From: a virus
Taxonomy: Duplodnaviria; Caudoviricetes
Direction: 5' to 3' (one strand)
Virus record (IMG/VR): IMGVR_UViG_3300032135_000291
Location: 1 to 64,000 of that record
Length of the DNA stretch: 64,000 bases
A model generated the notes under the pieces. The model saw only the letters and a list, made by a program, of their open reading frames with translations. It was not told the origin of the DNA and did not search any database. Below, in pieces: positions 1-9,464 of the stretch; within the stretch, counting starts at the first letter, position 1, and each line of letters starts with the position of its first letter. A program made the translations under genes and the position numbers.

Positions 1-1
1 G

Positions 2-199
2 GGCACTCGGCCCCGCATCTCCGTCAAGGACCTGTTCGAGAGCCTAATCCTCCTGCGCAACGGCGCGGACCTGGACGGACACGTGCGACGGCTCTCTGAC
101 GATGCCGAACGCATGAACAAGGCGACGAAGGAACTTGGTGCAGCACTGATCACAATCGGCGCCGCCGAGCAAGCCGCACGAGGGACGGAAGCAGCATGA
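2..199 (+). CDS. 3' end of hypothetical protein (truncated by window edge)
   Basis: Open frame 2 from the window start to TGA at 197-199, overlapping the ATG at 196 (ATGA coupling). Confidence 0.5.
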   Translation, partial: GTRPRISVKDLFESLILLRNGADLDGHVRRLSDDAERMNKATKELGAALITIGAAEQAARGTEAA

Positions 200-633
200 T
201 GAAGCAGCGATCACTCGGGTCAAGCAGACCAGCCAAGGCGGAGAACGCGCCCGCCGCTGAGCGCACGCCGATCTTCTCGGTAACCACGAAGGACTTGGAT
301 ATCCAGACGTTTACCGCTGGCGGGCCCGGCGGGCAGCACCAGAACCGCAGCCGTACAGGGATCCGTATCGTTCACCACGCATCCGGCGCCCGAGGGGAGT
401 CTCGTGAGCACCGTTCGCAAGCCCAGAACAAGAGGGCAGCCCTCGAACGTCTCGTGCAGACGCACCAGTTCCGCTACTGGGTGCGGGAGCACATCCGTGA
501 GATCGACGGCAAGGAATCCGCAGAGCAATGGGTCGAGCGGCAACTCGCCGATATCGACAACTTAAAGGTCGAAGTCAAGGACGCCGAAGGGCGCTGGACG
601 ACGACAACCATGGAGGAGTTGAGCGCAGAATGA
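196..633 (+). CDS. Peptidyl-tRNA hydrolase / RF-1 (GGQ) domain protein, ArfB/PrfH-like
   Basis: DLDIQTFTAGGPGGQHQNRSRTGIRIVH...ESREHRSQAQNKRAALERL is the stand-alone class I release factor domain 3 signature. Confidence 0.9.
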   Translation: MMKQRSLGSSRPAKAENAPAAERTPIFSVTTKDLDIQTFTAGGPGGQHQNRSRTGIRIVHHASGARGESREHRSQAQNKRAALERLVQTHQFRYWVREHIREIDGKESAEQWVERQLADIDNLKVEVKDAEGRWTTTTMEELSAE

Positions 634-1373
634 CCCGACCGAAGAGATACAACGCTGCGACGCTGCCCGGGTTCGAGGCCGCCGCGCTGCTGCTACGAGA
701 CGAGCCAGGACTTGGACGCCTCGAACTGTCGAGGCGGCTCAACGTCGCCCCTGCGACTGCCATCAACTGGCTCGGTGGACCACTGGTGCAGTTCGCTGTC
801 GGCTCGGACCGTACGGGCACAACGCGTTCGTCGGTGTTTTCCGATGAGGATGTTCTGACTGCACTGCGAGCAGCGGCCGAGGGCATCCCTCCGGGCACTG
901 GACTGTCGGTCGGGCAATACAACGCCGCACGGCGCCGCCTCGAAGACGGTGACATCGAGTTCCCGAGCACCGCACTGGTTGTGCAGCGGTTCGGCTCGTG
1001 GAGCGCCGGGCTCACGCTCGCGGGCGTGGGGGCGAACAAGTCGAACAGGACCGAGTACGTCAGGCGATGGTCGGAAGACGAGATGACGCTTGCCGTCGCC
1101 GACTCGATCCTCGCTACGGGGACATCTGCCTATGAGGCGTACAGAGAGTGGGCACGAGGAGCAGATGCACCGCAGCAGGTGCGAATCTCCTCCGAGCGTT
1201 CGTGGAACGGGCTGGTCGAAGCCGCGTACCGAGAGTTCGCCGATGGCGGCCGCCGTCGGACGCAGTACCAGAAGAGACTTCGCGGGCTTGTAGCAGCACG
1301 ACGCGACGAGTTGGAAGGCGTGGACAACATGCAACACGGCAACACACCGACAGCAGAGGGAGCACAGCGATGA
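630..1373 (+). CDS. HTH plus homing-endonuclease-associated-repeat protein
   Basis: N-terminal HTH-like segment; FPSTALVVQRFGSWSAGLTLAG resembles the PS..RFGSW repeat; start and stop overlap neighbours. Confidence 0.6.
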   Translation: MTRPKRYNAATLPGFEAAALLLRDEPGLGRLELSRRLNVAPATAINWLGGPLVQFAVGSDRTGTTRSSVFSDEDVLTALRAAAEGIPPGTGLSVGQYNAARRRLEDGDIEFPSTALVVQRFGSWSAGLTLAGVGANKSNRTEYVRRWSEDEMTLAVADSILATGTSAYEAYREWARGADAPQQVRISSERSWNGLVEAAYREFADGGRRRTQYQKRLRGLVAARRDELEGVDNMQHGNTPTAEGAQR

Positions 1374-3940
1374 ACATCGTACTGAAGGGTTACCAGGAGG
1401 ACGCTGTCGCTCGCTGCTTGAAGCGTGTCACCCGTGCCGCGGAGGACTGGCGGGACGATATGGCGCAGTCCGCTGTGTCGCTGTTCGCCACCACCTCGGC
1501 GGGCAAGACGATCATCGCGACGGCCCTCATCGAGCAACTGCGCTTCGGAGACAACGACCGCGACCCGAATCCGAACTTGACGGTGCTGTGGCTGACGAAC
1601 TCGCCGCCGCTGAACCGGCAGACGATGATGAAGATGCGCGCGACGTCGACGCACATCAAGGAGCACCACCTGGTCGAGATCGATGACCAAATCTCCGGTG
1701 CCACCCTCGCTCCTGGCAACATTTACTTCCTGAACACCCAGAAGTTGAATGCGCGATCGACCTCGTTCCAGGCGTCAGAATCACGGCCTGTGTCGCTCGA
1801 ACAGATGATCCGCAACACGGTCGACCTGCTCGGCCCGGACTTCCTGCTCGTCATCGACGAGGCCCACATCGGCACCAAGGCGGGGGAGGGCGGCAAGGAA
1901 CAGGTCGCCTACCGCGTGATGAACGGGGTCGACGGCTCCGGCCAGTTCCCCACAGTCCTCGGCATCTCTGCGACACCCAAGCGGTTCCGTGACGCCACCA
2001 CGGCCGCCGGTCGTGGCCTCCAAACGGTTGAGGTGCCCGTCAACGAGATCCGCGAGTCCGGGCTGATCAAGGACCGCATCCTGGCTCACGTGCCCGACGA
2101 CGACCAGTACACGGAGTCGAAGTTCATTCGCGCGGCCGTCGAGAAGTGGCAGGAGGCGACTGAGGACTGGCGCGAGTACCACCAGAGCGACCCCGCGACC
2201 GCCGATGTGGTCCCGCTGCTGCTGGTGCAGGTGCCGCCAGGCGTCTCGGACGACCGTCTGTCTGGACTGCTGCGCGAGATCGAAGAGCATGACGCACGGC
2301 TGTCTGGCGCAGCGATCGCCCACGCGTTCGGTGACCCCAAGGGGCCGCTTCACCTCGGAGACCGGAAGGTCAACTTCATCGCCCCTGAGGACATTCAGGG
2401 TGCGACACACGTCCGCGTGGTGCTGTTCAAGGACGCCCTGACGACAGGTTGGGACTGCCCTCGCGCCGAGGTGCTGGTGTCGCTTCGTACTGCCAAGGAG
2501 CAGACCTACATCACGCAGATGGTGGGACGCATGGTGCGTACACCGCTGGCGCGCCGTATCGAAGGCCACCCGTCACTCAACGACGTCACCATGTATCTGC
2601 CGCTGTACAACTTGGACGCGCTCGAAACGGTGCGCAAAGCGCTCTCCTCGGGCGAGGAGACGGCAGTCGCGTCGGAGTTCGTGACGAAGCCGGTCAGTGT
2701 TCACCTGGTCGCAGGGCGCACGGACAACGTCCTCGAAGGCGACGAAGTGGTCGAACGCTTGCGGTCGATCGTCTCTCACCGTCGGCCCGGCCGACGCGAG
2801 CCGGCCATCGTGAGGCTCGGACGACTGGCCGCACTGATGGAGCGGGTCAGCACCTCCGACAACGGGGTGCCGAAGAACGCCGAGAATCTCGCCAACTCGG
2901 CACTGGCGGACGCCATGTTCGGCGAGTACGAAGAGCACCAAGACGAGATCGATGCACGCGTCGCCGAGTACCACCAGGTGGGCGTCACCGTCGTCGACAT
3001 CGGGGACGGGGCTGGTGGTGCGAGCACCGTCGAGCGCGGCGCCGAGCAGGAGAAGTACGTCGCCACGGGTCTGCCCAGTTTCTATGAGGCGGACCGACTG
3101 TTCAAGGTCGCCGCCCGAGTGTCGGGCTCGCCTCGCGCGTCTGCCGCACTGTGGAGCCGCCTGGCGGGCGAAGACATCACGCAGCCGGACTGGGAGGACC
3201 CCGACAAGCACGTCGAGTCCCAGATTCTCGCCATCGAGATCGCCCAGTTGCCGGGCATGAAGCAAGTCCTCGAAGCGTGCGCTGACACGAAGTTCGACTC
3301 GTGGGTGTCCAAGCATGGACTGGCCCTCAAAGGCGCAGCGGCTATCGAGTTCGCCAACATCATGTCCACCACGAAGGCAGGCGGTGAGACCACGGTCTCC
3401 TTCCCTGAGCGCTACGACACGGGCGGGGCGTTCTTCGCACCTGACGGGCACATCTACGTGGACGACAACGGACAGTACCCGGTCAGTTTGAAGTTGAACC
3501 CCTGGGAGGTCAGCACCATCGAGGCGCTCAAGACGAAGTTCCCCGGGCTCCTCGGCTGGTGGCGCAACGGCACCGGCGGCGACCAGTCGCTTGGTGTGCG
3601 CTACACCGACTCTGCGAGCACTGCGCGGACGATGTACCCCGACTTCCTCGGGATCTACCGTCACGAAGGCGAGATCGTCCTGCGACTGTTCGACCCGCAC
3701 GCCGACTTCTTCGACAAGCAGTCGCTGACGAAGTGGGCGGGACTCGCGGAGTACCTGCGTTCCGACTCGAACACTGCGATCAACGAGGCGTACGCCGTCA
3801 TCAGGGACACTCACGGCACGTTGCGCGCGGTGGATCTGGGGGACGACGAAGTCGTGGAGATGCTGGTTGACCCGACGCTCGGTGACATCGAGAAGGACCT
3901 CTTCGGATCCGCCAAGGGCTTCGTGTTGGGTGCGGGATGA
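1370..3940 (+). CDS. SF2 DEAD/DEAH helicase, type III restriction Res-like
   Basis: LKGYQ Q-motif, ATTSAGKT Walker A variant, IDEAH, LTTGWDCPR, QMVGRMVR, C-terminal YPDFL nuclease-like motif. Confidence 0.8.
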   Translation: MNIVLKGYQEDAVARCLKRVTRAAEDWRDDMAQSAVSLFATTSAGKTIIATALIEQLRFGDNDRDPNPNLTVLWLTNSPPLNRQTMMKMRATSTHIKEHHLVEIDDQISGATLAPGNIYFLNTQKLNARSTSFQASESRPVSLEQMIRNTVDLLGPDFLLVIDEAHIGTKAGEGGKEQVAYRVMNGVDGSGQFPTVLGISATPKRFRDATTAAGRGLQTVEVPVNEIRESGLIKDRILAHVPDDDQYTESKFIRAAVEKWQEATEDWREYHQSDPATADVVPLLLVQVPPGVSDDRLSGLLREIEEHDARLSGAAIAHAFGDPKGPLHLGDRKVNFIAPEDIQGATHVRVVLFKDALTTGWDCPRAEVLVSLRTAKEQTYITQMVGRMVRTPLARRIEGHPSLNDVTMYLPLYNLDALETVRKALSSGEETAVASEFVTKPVSVHLVAGRTDNVLEGDEVVERLRSIVSHRRPGRREPAIVRLGRLAALMERVSTSDNGVPKNAENLANSALADAMFGEYEEHQDEIDARVAEYHQVGVTVVDIGDGAGGASTVERGAEQEKYVATGLPSFYEADRLFKVAARVSGSPRASAALWSRLAGEDITQPDWEDPDKHVESQILAIEIAQLPGMKQVLEACADTKFDSWVSKHGLALKGAAAIEFANIMSTTKAGGETTVSFPERYDTGGAFFAPDGHIYVDDNGQYPVSLKLNPWEVSTIEALKTKFPGLLGWWRNGTGGDQSLGVRYTDSASTARTMYPDFLGIYRHEGEIVLRLFDPHADFFDKQSLTKWAGLAEYLRSDSNTAINEAYAVIRDTHGTLRAVDLGDDEVVEMLVDPTLGDIEKDLFGSAKGFVLGAG

Positions 3941-3941
3941 G

Positions 3942-4718
3942 ATGAGGCTCTACGACGAAGAGCCCGGGCCTCGCTGCACGGCGGGCTCGCACGGGCACGT
4001 CTCGGTAAAAGGGGCGCTGCGGTGTCCTGCATGCCAGACAACAAGGAAGCCCAGATTCAAGTGGTGGTGGGAAGGAACTATCACCCCCGAAGCGTGGGCC
4101 GCCATGCAAGTTTTCTCCCTGTCCCAAAGGGTGCTGCTGGTTGCGGTACGCGACGAGCGCGCAACCCCAGAGTTGTTGTGGATGGCGGCGCGCCACGCGA
4201 CCGAGAGGACACATGGCAGCAGGGACATCATGAAGGCCATCGCCAAGCACGAGTCGTGCCCCGCCGATGTGACGAGTGCGCTGTTTGACACGGAAGAGCG
4301 CGAGATTCACGAGGCGTTGGCCGAAAACCCGTCGGCGTCGCCCGAGATACTAGGCCGCCTTGCAATGTGCAATGACTTTCCCGTGCGCCTGTCTGTCGCG
4401 AGCCACCCAGAAACTCCGCTGCCCGTGCTGATGGAGTTGCTGATAGAGGTGATGGTCAACGGCGACAGGTACGACGGCCCCATCAAGATGGCGATCCTCG
4501 AACACGAAGCAACACCGGCCAAGGTGGTGCGTGCGGTCATGTCCGGACAGCATCCCGTCCGAGCGCTGACCGGGATCGACCCTCGCCACGGCCGCGCGAT
4601 GAAGTACATCCGCACCCAGCCGTGGTGGGAGATGAAGCCCTCGAGCCGAGAAGTGAAACACGCCCTGGCCATTCAGGCCGGAAGCCTACCGAAATCGGGT
4701 CTCGGTCGACAAGAGTGA
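3942..4718 (+). CDS. Zn-knuckle family protein with leucine-rich-variant (LRV/HEAT-like) repeats
   Basis: N-terminal CTAGSHGHVSVKGALRCPAC; repeats ALAENPSASPEIL and SVASHPETPLPVL; C-terminal WWEMKPSSREVKHALAI matches the family tail. Confidence 0.75.
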   Translation: MRLYDEEPGPRCTAGSHGHVSVKGALRCPACQTTRKPRFKWWWEGTITPEAWAAMQVFSLSQRVLLVAVRDERATPELLWMAARHATERTHGSRDIMKAIAKHESCPADVTSALFDTEEREIHEALAENPSASPEILGRLAMCNDFPVRLSVASHPETPLPVLMELLIEVMVNGDRYDGPIKMAILEHEATPAKVVRAVMSGQHPVRALTGIDPRHGRAMKYIRTQPWWEMKPSSREVKHALAIQAGSLPKSGLGRQE

Positions 4719-4721
4719 GCG

Positions 4722-4731
4722 TGGATACCTT
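4722..4731 (+). promoter_or_regulatory. Class B promoter motif
   Basis: TGGA-TACCTT, 7 nt before ATG 4739. Confidence 0.7.
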
Positions 4732-4738
4732 TGCGGGC

Positions 4739-4873
4739 ATGCCAAAGAAATGCACCGCGCTGCACACCGGTCACGCAACAGCCCGAGGGCTTGCCGCCTG
4801 CCCTGCTTGCACTCCAAACGCTGGCGTCACTCGAGCGTTGACCCCTCGCGCTGCCGACACACCGGTGCGGTAG
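4739..4873 (+). CDS. 44-aa stand-alone Zn-knuckle peptide
   Basis: MPKKCTALHTGHATARGLAACPAC...; leaderless behind class B motif; same C-x6-H-x8-C-x2-C spacing as the 3942 protein. Confidence 0.7.
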   Translation: MPKKCTALHTGHATARGLAACPACTPNAGVTRALTPRAADTPVR

Positions 4874-4909
4874 TCGTCACACTTGACCGGCCAATCGCCG
4901 CTATGATAA

Positions 4910-4921
4910 GTGTGGTAGATC
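4910..4921 (+). promoter_or_regulatory. Class A motif (imperfect)
   Basis: GTGTGG-TAGATC upstream of 4944. Confidence 0.4.
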
Positions 4922-4943
4922 AGTCTACTGAGGGATGTGAAGC

Positions 4944-5294
4944 GTGACGAAGGCTTTGGACGCGAATACCGTTGCGACTCGATCCGTTGTGCAGTTCTGC
5001 GCGCTTGAAGCGGGGTACTCGGTGCTCGAGATCAATAAGTTCACCGATGCGCCGAACTACTACTGCTCCGAGAGGTACTCGACAGGGGTGTTGCGGGCGC
5101 TCACGAATATGCAGCAGGCCACCGACAAGGCGATTCGCGCCACCGTGGTGAACGCCGTCAGGATCGGTGCCCTCACGGTGCCGCAGGCTGCCGCGAAGGT
5201 GGACCTCCCCGAGGCGACCGTCCGCTCGTGGGGCGTTCTTCCGGAATGGGAGCGGTACGCAGCCGAGGCGGATGATCAGAGCCGCGCCGCATAG
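4944..5294 (+). CDS. Hypothetical protein, possible C-terminal HTH
   Basis: SD GAGGGA before GTG; LTVPQAAAKVDLPEATVRSW is HTH-like. Confidence 0.6.
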   Translation: MTKALDANTVATRSVVQFCALEAGYSVLEINKFTDAPNYYCSERYSTGVLRALTNMQQATDKAIRATVVNAVRIGALTVPQAAAKVDLPEATVRSWGVLPEWERYAAEADDQSRAA

Positions 5295-5366
5295 CGCCGG
5301 TCCCGGTTTATCTTCCTGCCCGTAGATCCGGTTTGCAGCCCTCCGTCTCAACCAGATTGAGGGGGC

Positions 5367-5376
5367 TGGATACCTT
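5367..5376 (+). promoter_or_regulatory. Class B promoter motif
   Basis: TGGA-TACCTT-N6-ATG 5383. Confidence 0.75.
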
Positions 5377-5382
5377 GAAGAT

Positions 5383-5883
5383 ATGACCGCTCCACAATGC
5401 TCAGCACCTCTCCAGGGACACGTCCCTGGGTCGCTCTTGCAGCAGACATGCCCGAAGCACGGGCTGGCGTCGGGTCGCACTATCTCGCTCCCGCCGCTCC
5501 TGGTGCCCCCGGCTCCATCTTCCGCACCCGCGTCCGGGGGCGAGGTCGTCACCAACGGTCTTGTGGCTCGCCGCAGTGACACGGACAACTCCTACTTCCT
5601 GGTCATGGCCGAAACGGGCCTCCCTGTGTTCCGGACCGAGCAGCGACGTGTTGCGCGTCGCGGAACAACCCCCGGGCCCGGCAACTTCGAGACCGAAGAT
5701 CAGGCGATCGAGTGGGCACGCGACAAGTACCCGTTCCTGAGTGACGTGTCCTCCAAGATCGCCCGCACCACACCGCGACGCCGCACCTACCGGTGCCCCG
5801 TATGCGACAGCCGGCTCATCCTGACCGAAGATTCGCGACGCATTTGCACGCACTGCGACGGCGTCGAGATCGATCGCTCATAG
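5383..5883 (+). CDS. Zn-knuckle family protein with C-terminal Zn ribbon
   Basis: CSAPLQGHVPGSLLQQTCPKH at the N-terminus; CPVC..CTHC at the C-terminus. Confidence 0.75.
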   Translation: MTAPQCSAPLQGHVPGSLLQQTCPKHGLASGRTISLPPLLVPPAPSSAPASGGEVVTNGLVARRSDTDNSYFLVMAETGLPVFRTEQRRVARRGTTPGPGNFETEDQAIEWARDKYPFLSDVSSKIARTTPRRRTYRCPVCDSRLILTEDSRRICTHCDGVEIDRS

Positions 5884-5919
5884 AACTTGGTCGTGGGGAC
5901 CACAAGGAAGGAAGTAATC

Positions 5920-7020
5920 ATGGCGGCACGGTCGAAGTCGAAGGCTGGCGGTAAGCCGAAGGTTCCTTGCACGAACCCGGGGATCTGCGGCAACACCAAG
6001 AACCACATGGTTGGCACGTTCACGCAGAAGCGCTGCGACGAGATCACGAAGCGCCGCGCTGCCGGCGAGGTCATCACCGCAGAGAACGTCATGAGCGTCC
6101 GCCCTCCGGGCATGGAGGCGAGCGGCGACTTCGGTGCACGTAGCGACGAGGTGAGCGAGAAGATGAAGTCGCTCAAGCAGTCTGCCGAGGCGTGGAGGGA
6201 CTCGCCCCAGGACGCCCTCGACTTCGTGCGGTGGGCCAAGAACTTCACCGACTACTCGCCGTTCAACCGTCTGATGATCCACGTGCAGAACCCTGACGCA
6301 ACCGCTGTCGGCTCCGCGAAGAAATGGGGCGGGCTCGGCCGTGAGGTCGCTGAGGACGAGAAGCCGATCGAGATCTTTGCGCCCGGCATGGGCGGGGAGC
6401 GCGCCAAGAAGGACAAGGACGGCAACGTCGAACGTGACGCTGACGGCAAGCAGGTGATGGAGCGACGCTTCGTCAACCGATTCCGTGCAGTGTCCGTGTA
6501 CGACATCGCGCAGACCACGGGTGACACGCTGCCGGAGATCGAAACTCCGGTCGCAAACCCTGAACTGCTTGAACGTGTCGTCGTCGGACTCGAATCGGAC
6601 TACTTCGTCGCACCCATGGAGGTCGTGGCCGGAGCCGACACCCCAGCGCGAATGCTGGAAGACGGATCGATGGCGTACAACGCGTCTACGGCCGACGAAA
6701 GCCAGCGACTGGTGAACCGCCTCGTCGCGGTCGGTATGTCTGCCAGCGCCCGACTGCGCAAGGACACCGAAGCGCGAATCAAGGACCCCTCACGTCACTG
6801 GGGCGAGGCTGAGCACATGTACGCGGGTATCTCTGCCGCGTGGTCGCTGGGCCAGGATGCTGGCATCGACCTGACGGATCTTGCTGTTCAGAAGATGGCG
6901 GACTACAAGGGCAAGGAGCAGATTGCATCGCTCGCCGCCCACGGTTCGAAGGTCACTGAGCACATCGAGAACGTCCGCAACGGACTGCCCGCGGAGATCG
7001 CTGACGCCCTGGCGTCCTGA
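5920..7020 (+). CDS. ArdC-like ssDNA-binding / antirestriction domain protein with N-terminal Zn knuckle
   Basis: YSPFNRLMIHVQNPDATAVGSAKKW..GR.V...EKPIEIFAP and VYDIAQT are ArdC N-terminal domain hallmarks; SD AAGGAAGG. Confidence 0.75.
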   Translation: MAARSKSKAGGKPKVPCTNPGICGNTKNHMVGTFTQKRCDEITKRRAAGEVITAENVMSVRPPGMEASGDFGARSDEVSEKMKSLKQSAEAWRDSPQDALDFVRWAKNFTDYSPFNRLMIHVQNPDATAVGSAKKWGGLGREVAEDEKPIEIFAPGMGGERAKKDKDGNVERDADGKQVMERRFVNRFRAVSVYDIAQTTGDTLPEIETPVANPELLERVVVGLESDYFVAPMEVVAGADTPARMLEDGSMAYNASTADESQRLVNRLVAVGMSASARLRKDTEARIKDPSRHWGEAEHMYAGISAAWSLGQDAGIDLTDLAVQKMADYKGKEQIASLAAHGSKVTEHIENVRNGLPAEIADALAS

Positions 7021-7058
7021 GCGGATTTGGACCCCATTCCGCGTGTAACACTCGCCCC

Positions 7059-9383
7059 ATGAGCGAGGTTCCGAAGGACTATTCTCGCGCTCGCGCCATC
7101 TCGTCTGGCCGCGAGCCTTCTGTGCCCGCGCCCAAAATCACGCCCGCTGCTGCGACGCCAGCGAAGCCGGGAGACGCACCAGGGAAGCCGAAGGCCACAC
7201 CCGCAGCGACTGGCGGCGAGGCGACGCCGTCTTCGCCCACACCCGCAGGCGGGACGAAGGAGCCAGAGGGAGACAAGAAGGCCGCCGACCTGGACCCGCG
7301 CGGGCAGCGCGCTGACACTGAGCGCCCCAACTCCAAGGGTCAGATTGTCAACGCCGGCATTCAGGCACTGGGAGCAGCGGGAGGAAACGTTGCTGGCGGC
7401 GCAGCCGCCGGAGCCGGAGCGGGTGCCGCTACTGCTGGTGCCGGCTCGGACGCGGCACGCGAAACTGGCAAGGCGATGGCGAAGGACTCCCTCCAAAGGG
7501 GAGGCAAGGACGCCGCACGCACAGCCGGAGAACAGGCGATCCGCGGACCGCAGGCTCCTGGCGCGAAGCCGAGCGGTGAAAAGGGCGGCAAGGACTCGTG
7601 GCGGGGGCTAGGGAAAGACGCCGCCGCCGCAGCCAAGGAAACCACCGGGAATCGCGGATCGTCCATCAACCCACTCAGCGACGACGACCGCAGCGGGCTC
7701 ACCAAAGGACGTGACGCGCTCAAGGACAGCACGGGCGTTGACGCCGATAAGGCGGTAGGCGCGGCGGCCGGTGGCGCAGCCGCCGCGGCCGCTGTCGCAA
7801 CGGGTGTTGGTGCCGCAGGGGCAGGCGCGGCGGGCGCGGCCGGAAACAAACTGGGCGCCGCGGCATCGTCCACAGCGCACTCTCTGAACACGAAGTTCAA
7901 CAGCACCCGCAAGACGGTCACAGTCGCCTTCGGCCTGGTGGCCGTACTGATCATCGCGGCCATCACGGGCGTACTGAGCGCCGGTTCTCAGCAGCAGGCG
8001 ATGAACGAGCAGCAGCAGGCGATGCAGGCGGCGCAGGCGCAGCAACAGGCAGAGGCAGACGCGTCGGGACTTTCCTGCTCCGTTACCCAAGAGTTCCCAA
8101 TCGGCTACTTCGCCATGCCCAGCCAGCGGCGGATCATCGCGGACGTGCGTGCCGCAGCCGACGCACAGGGCATTCCGATGTACGGCCAGGTGATGGCAGT
8201 CGCCGTCATGGTCGGTGCGTCCGGAATCTCGCCCGACCCGCACGACGATGCGCTGCTTGGCCCGTTTGGATTCGAGCCGGGTTCGGGCGGACTCACGGAT
8301 GCCGAGTTGCGCGACACAGGGAAGTCAGCGGGATTGTTCTTCGAGCGGCTGCAGGCCGTGCAGTCGTGGTCGGCGACGTCGCTCGCGGACGCGGCCAACC
8401 AGGTGATGGCGTCAGCCTTCCCCGGCGAGTACGGGGCATACGAGTCCTCGGCACGCATGGTGCTGACCGGCGACGGCGCGGAGGCCGGACAGGGGTGCGA
8501 GCCGCTGGGAGTGAAACTCGCCTGCGATCCCGCCCCCGAGTTCGAGGACAACGCTGGCGCGCTCACCCCGGACGCACTGAACACGGCCCGGTGCCTGTAC
8601 AACGTGCTTCACGTGCGGGGCATGACGGCCAGCGCCGGCGGCTACGCGCTGCGGATCCCCTTGACGGGGGCACTGGACATGGAGACGGCTGCCGGCGAGG
8701 GCTCCGACACGTTCGCTGTACGGACGGCGTTCGACGCGGCAGACACGGTCGCGTGGCTCTCGGCGAATGCGACAACGTTCGGCATCAGGGCGCTCGCGTA
8801 CGACGACGTCCAGGTGACCTTCGTTGCCCCCTCGAACCGAAATGAGGAGGGCGACAGGTACACGGTCGACACACTCAGGGACGGGACGACGATCGCGGAC
8901 ACCCTGCTGGTGTCGGTCCACGGGACCGCAGGGACGGGTGTTCTCGAAGGTGGCGCTGGCGGGGCGTGGGTTCTGCCCGTCACCGTGTCGTGCATCTCGA
9001 GCGAGTACGGGATGCGTCTGCACCCGACGCTGCACCGCTGGATTCTTCACGCGGGAATGGACTTCCCGGTCGGATCTGGGACGAATGCTCTGGCCGTCTC
9101 CGGCGGCACCGTGTCGCGCGTCTTCTATGACTCCGGTGGCGGCAACATCTTGGAGATCGACTACGGCGGCGGCGTCACCATGCGATACCTCCACCTGTCG
9201 AAGTACCTCGTCACCGAAGGGCAGGCCGTTGCGTCCGGACAAGTGGTCGCGCTGACGGGCAACACGGGCACTCGAACGACCGGTGCCCACCTCCACTTTG
9301 AGGTCTACCGTGACGGCCGCAGCACGAACCCGCGGGACTTTTTCACGAACGTCGGAGTGGAAGTCCCCGTCGGCTGCTGGTAG
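7059..9383 (+). CDS. Membrane-anchored M23 metallopeptidase (conjugation-type cell-wall hydrolase)
   Basis: About 280-aa Ala/Gly/Pro-rich N-terminus, TM helix, Gln-rich coil, C-terminal SSEYGMRLHP..HAGMDF..YLHL..GNTG..TGAHLHFEV. Confidence 0.85.
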   Translation: MSEVPKDYSRARAISSGREPSVPAPKITPAAATPAKPGDAPGKPKATPAATGGEATPSSPTPAGGTKEPEGDKKAADLDPRGQRADTERPNSKGQIVNAGIQALGAAGGNVAGGAAAGAGAGAATAGAGSDAARETGKAMAKDSLQRGGKDAARTAGEQAIRGPQAPGAKPSGEKGGKDSWRGLGKDAAAAAKETTGNRGSSINPLSDDDRSGLTKGRDALKDSTGVDADKAVGAAAGGAAAAAAVATGVGAAGAGAAGAAGNKLGAAASSTAHSLNTKFNSTRKTVTVAFGLVAVLIIAAITGVLSAGSQQQAMNEQQQAMQAAQAQQQAEADASGLSCSVTQEFPIGYFAMPSQRRIIADVRAAADAQGIPMYGQVMAVAVMVGASGISPDPHDDALLGPFGFEPGSGGLTDAELRDTGKSAGLFFERLQAVQSWSATSLADAANQVMASAFPGEYGAYESSARMVLTGDGAEAGQGCEPLGVKLACDPAPEFEDNAGALTPDALNTARCLYNVLHVRGMTASAGGYALRIPLTGALDMETAAGEGSDTFAVRTAFDAADTVAWLSANATTFGIRALAYDDVQVTFVAPSNRNEEGDRYTVDTLRDGTTIADTLLVSVHGTAGTGVLEGGAGGAWVLPVTVSCISSEYGMRLHPTLHRWILHAGMDFPVGSGTNALAVSGGTVSRVFYDSGGGNILEIDYGGGVTMRYLHLSKYLVTEGQAVASGQVVALTGNTGTRTTGAHLHFEVYRDGRSTNPRDFFTNVGVEVPVGCW

Positions 9384-9464
9384 GCCCACACTTCGTGGCA
9401 TTTCTGGGCGAAATTGGCACCCCAATAGCGCCCTACCATGGGGTCAGATCCTAGGAGGGTTCCT

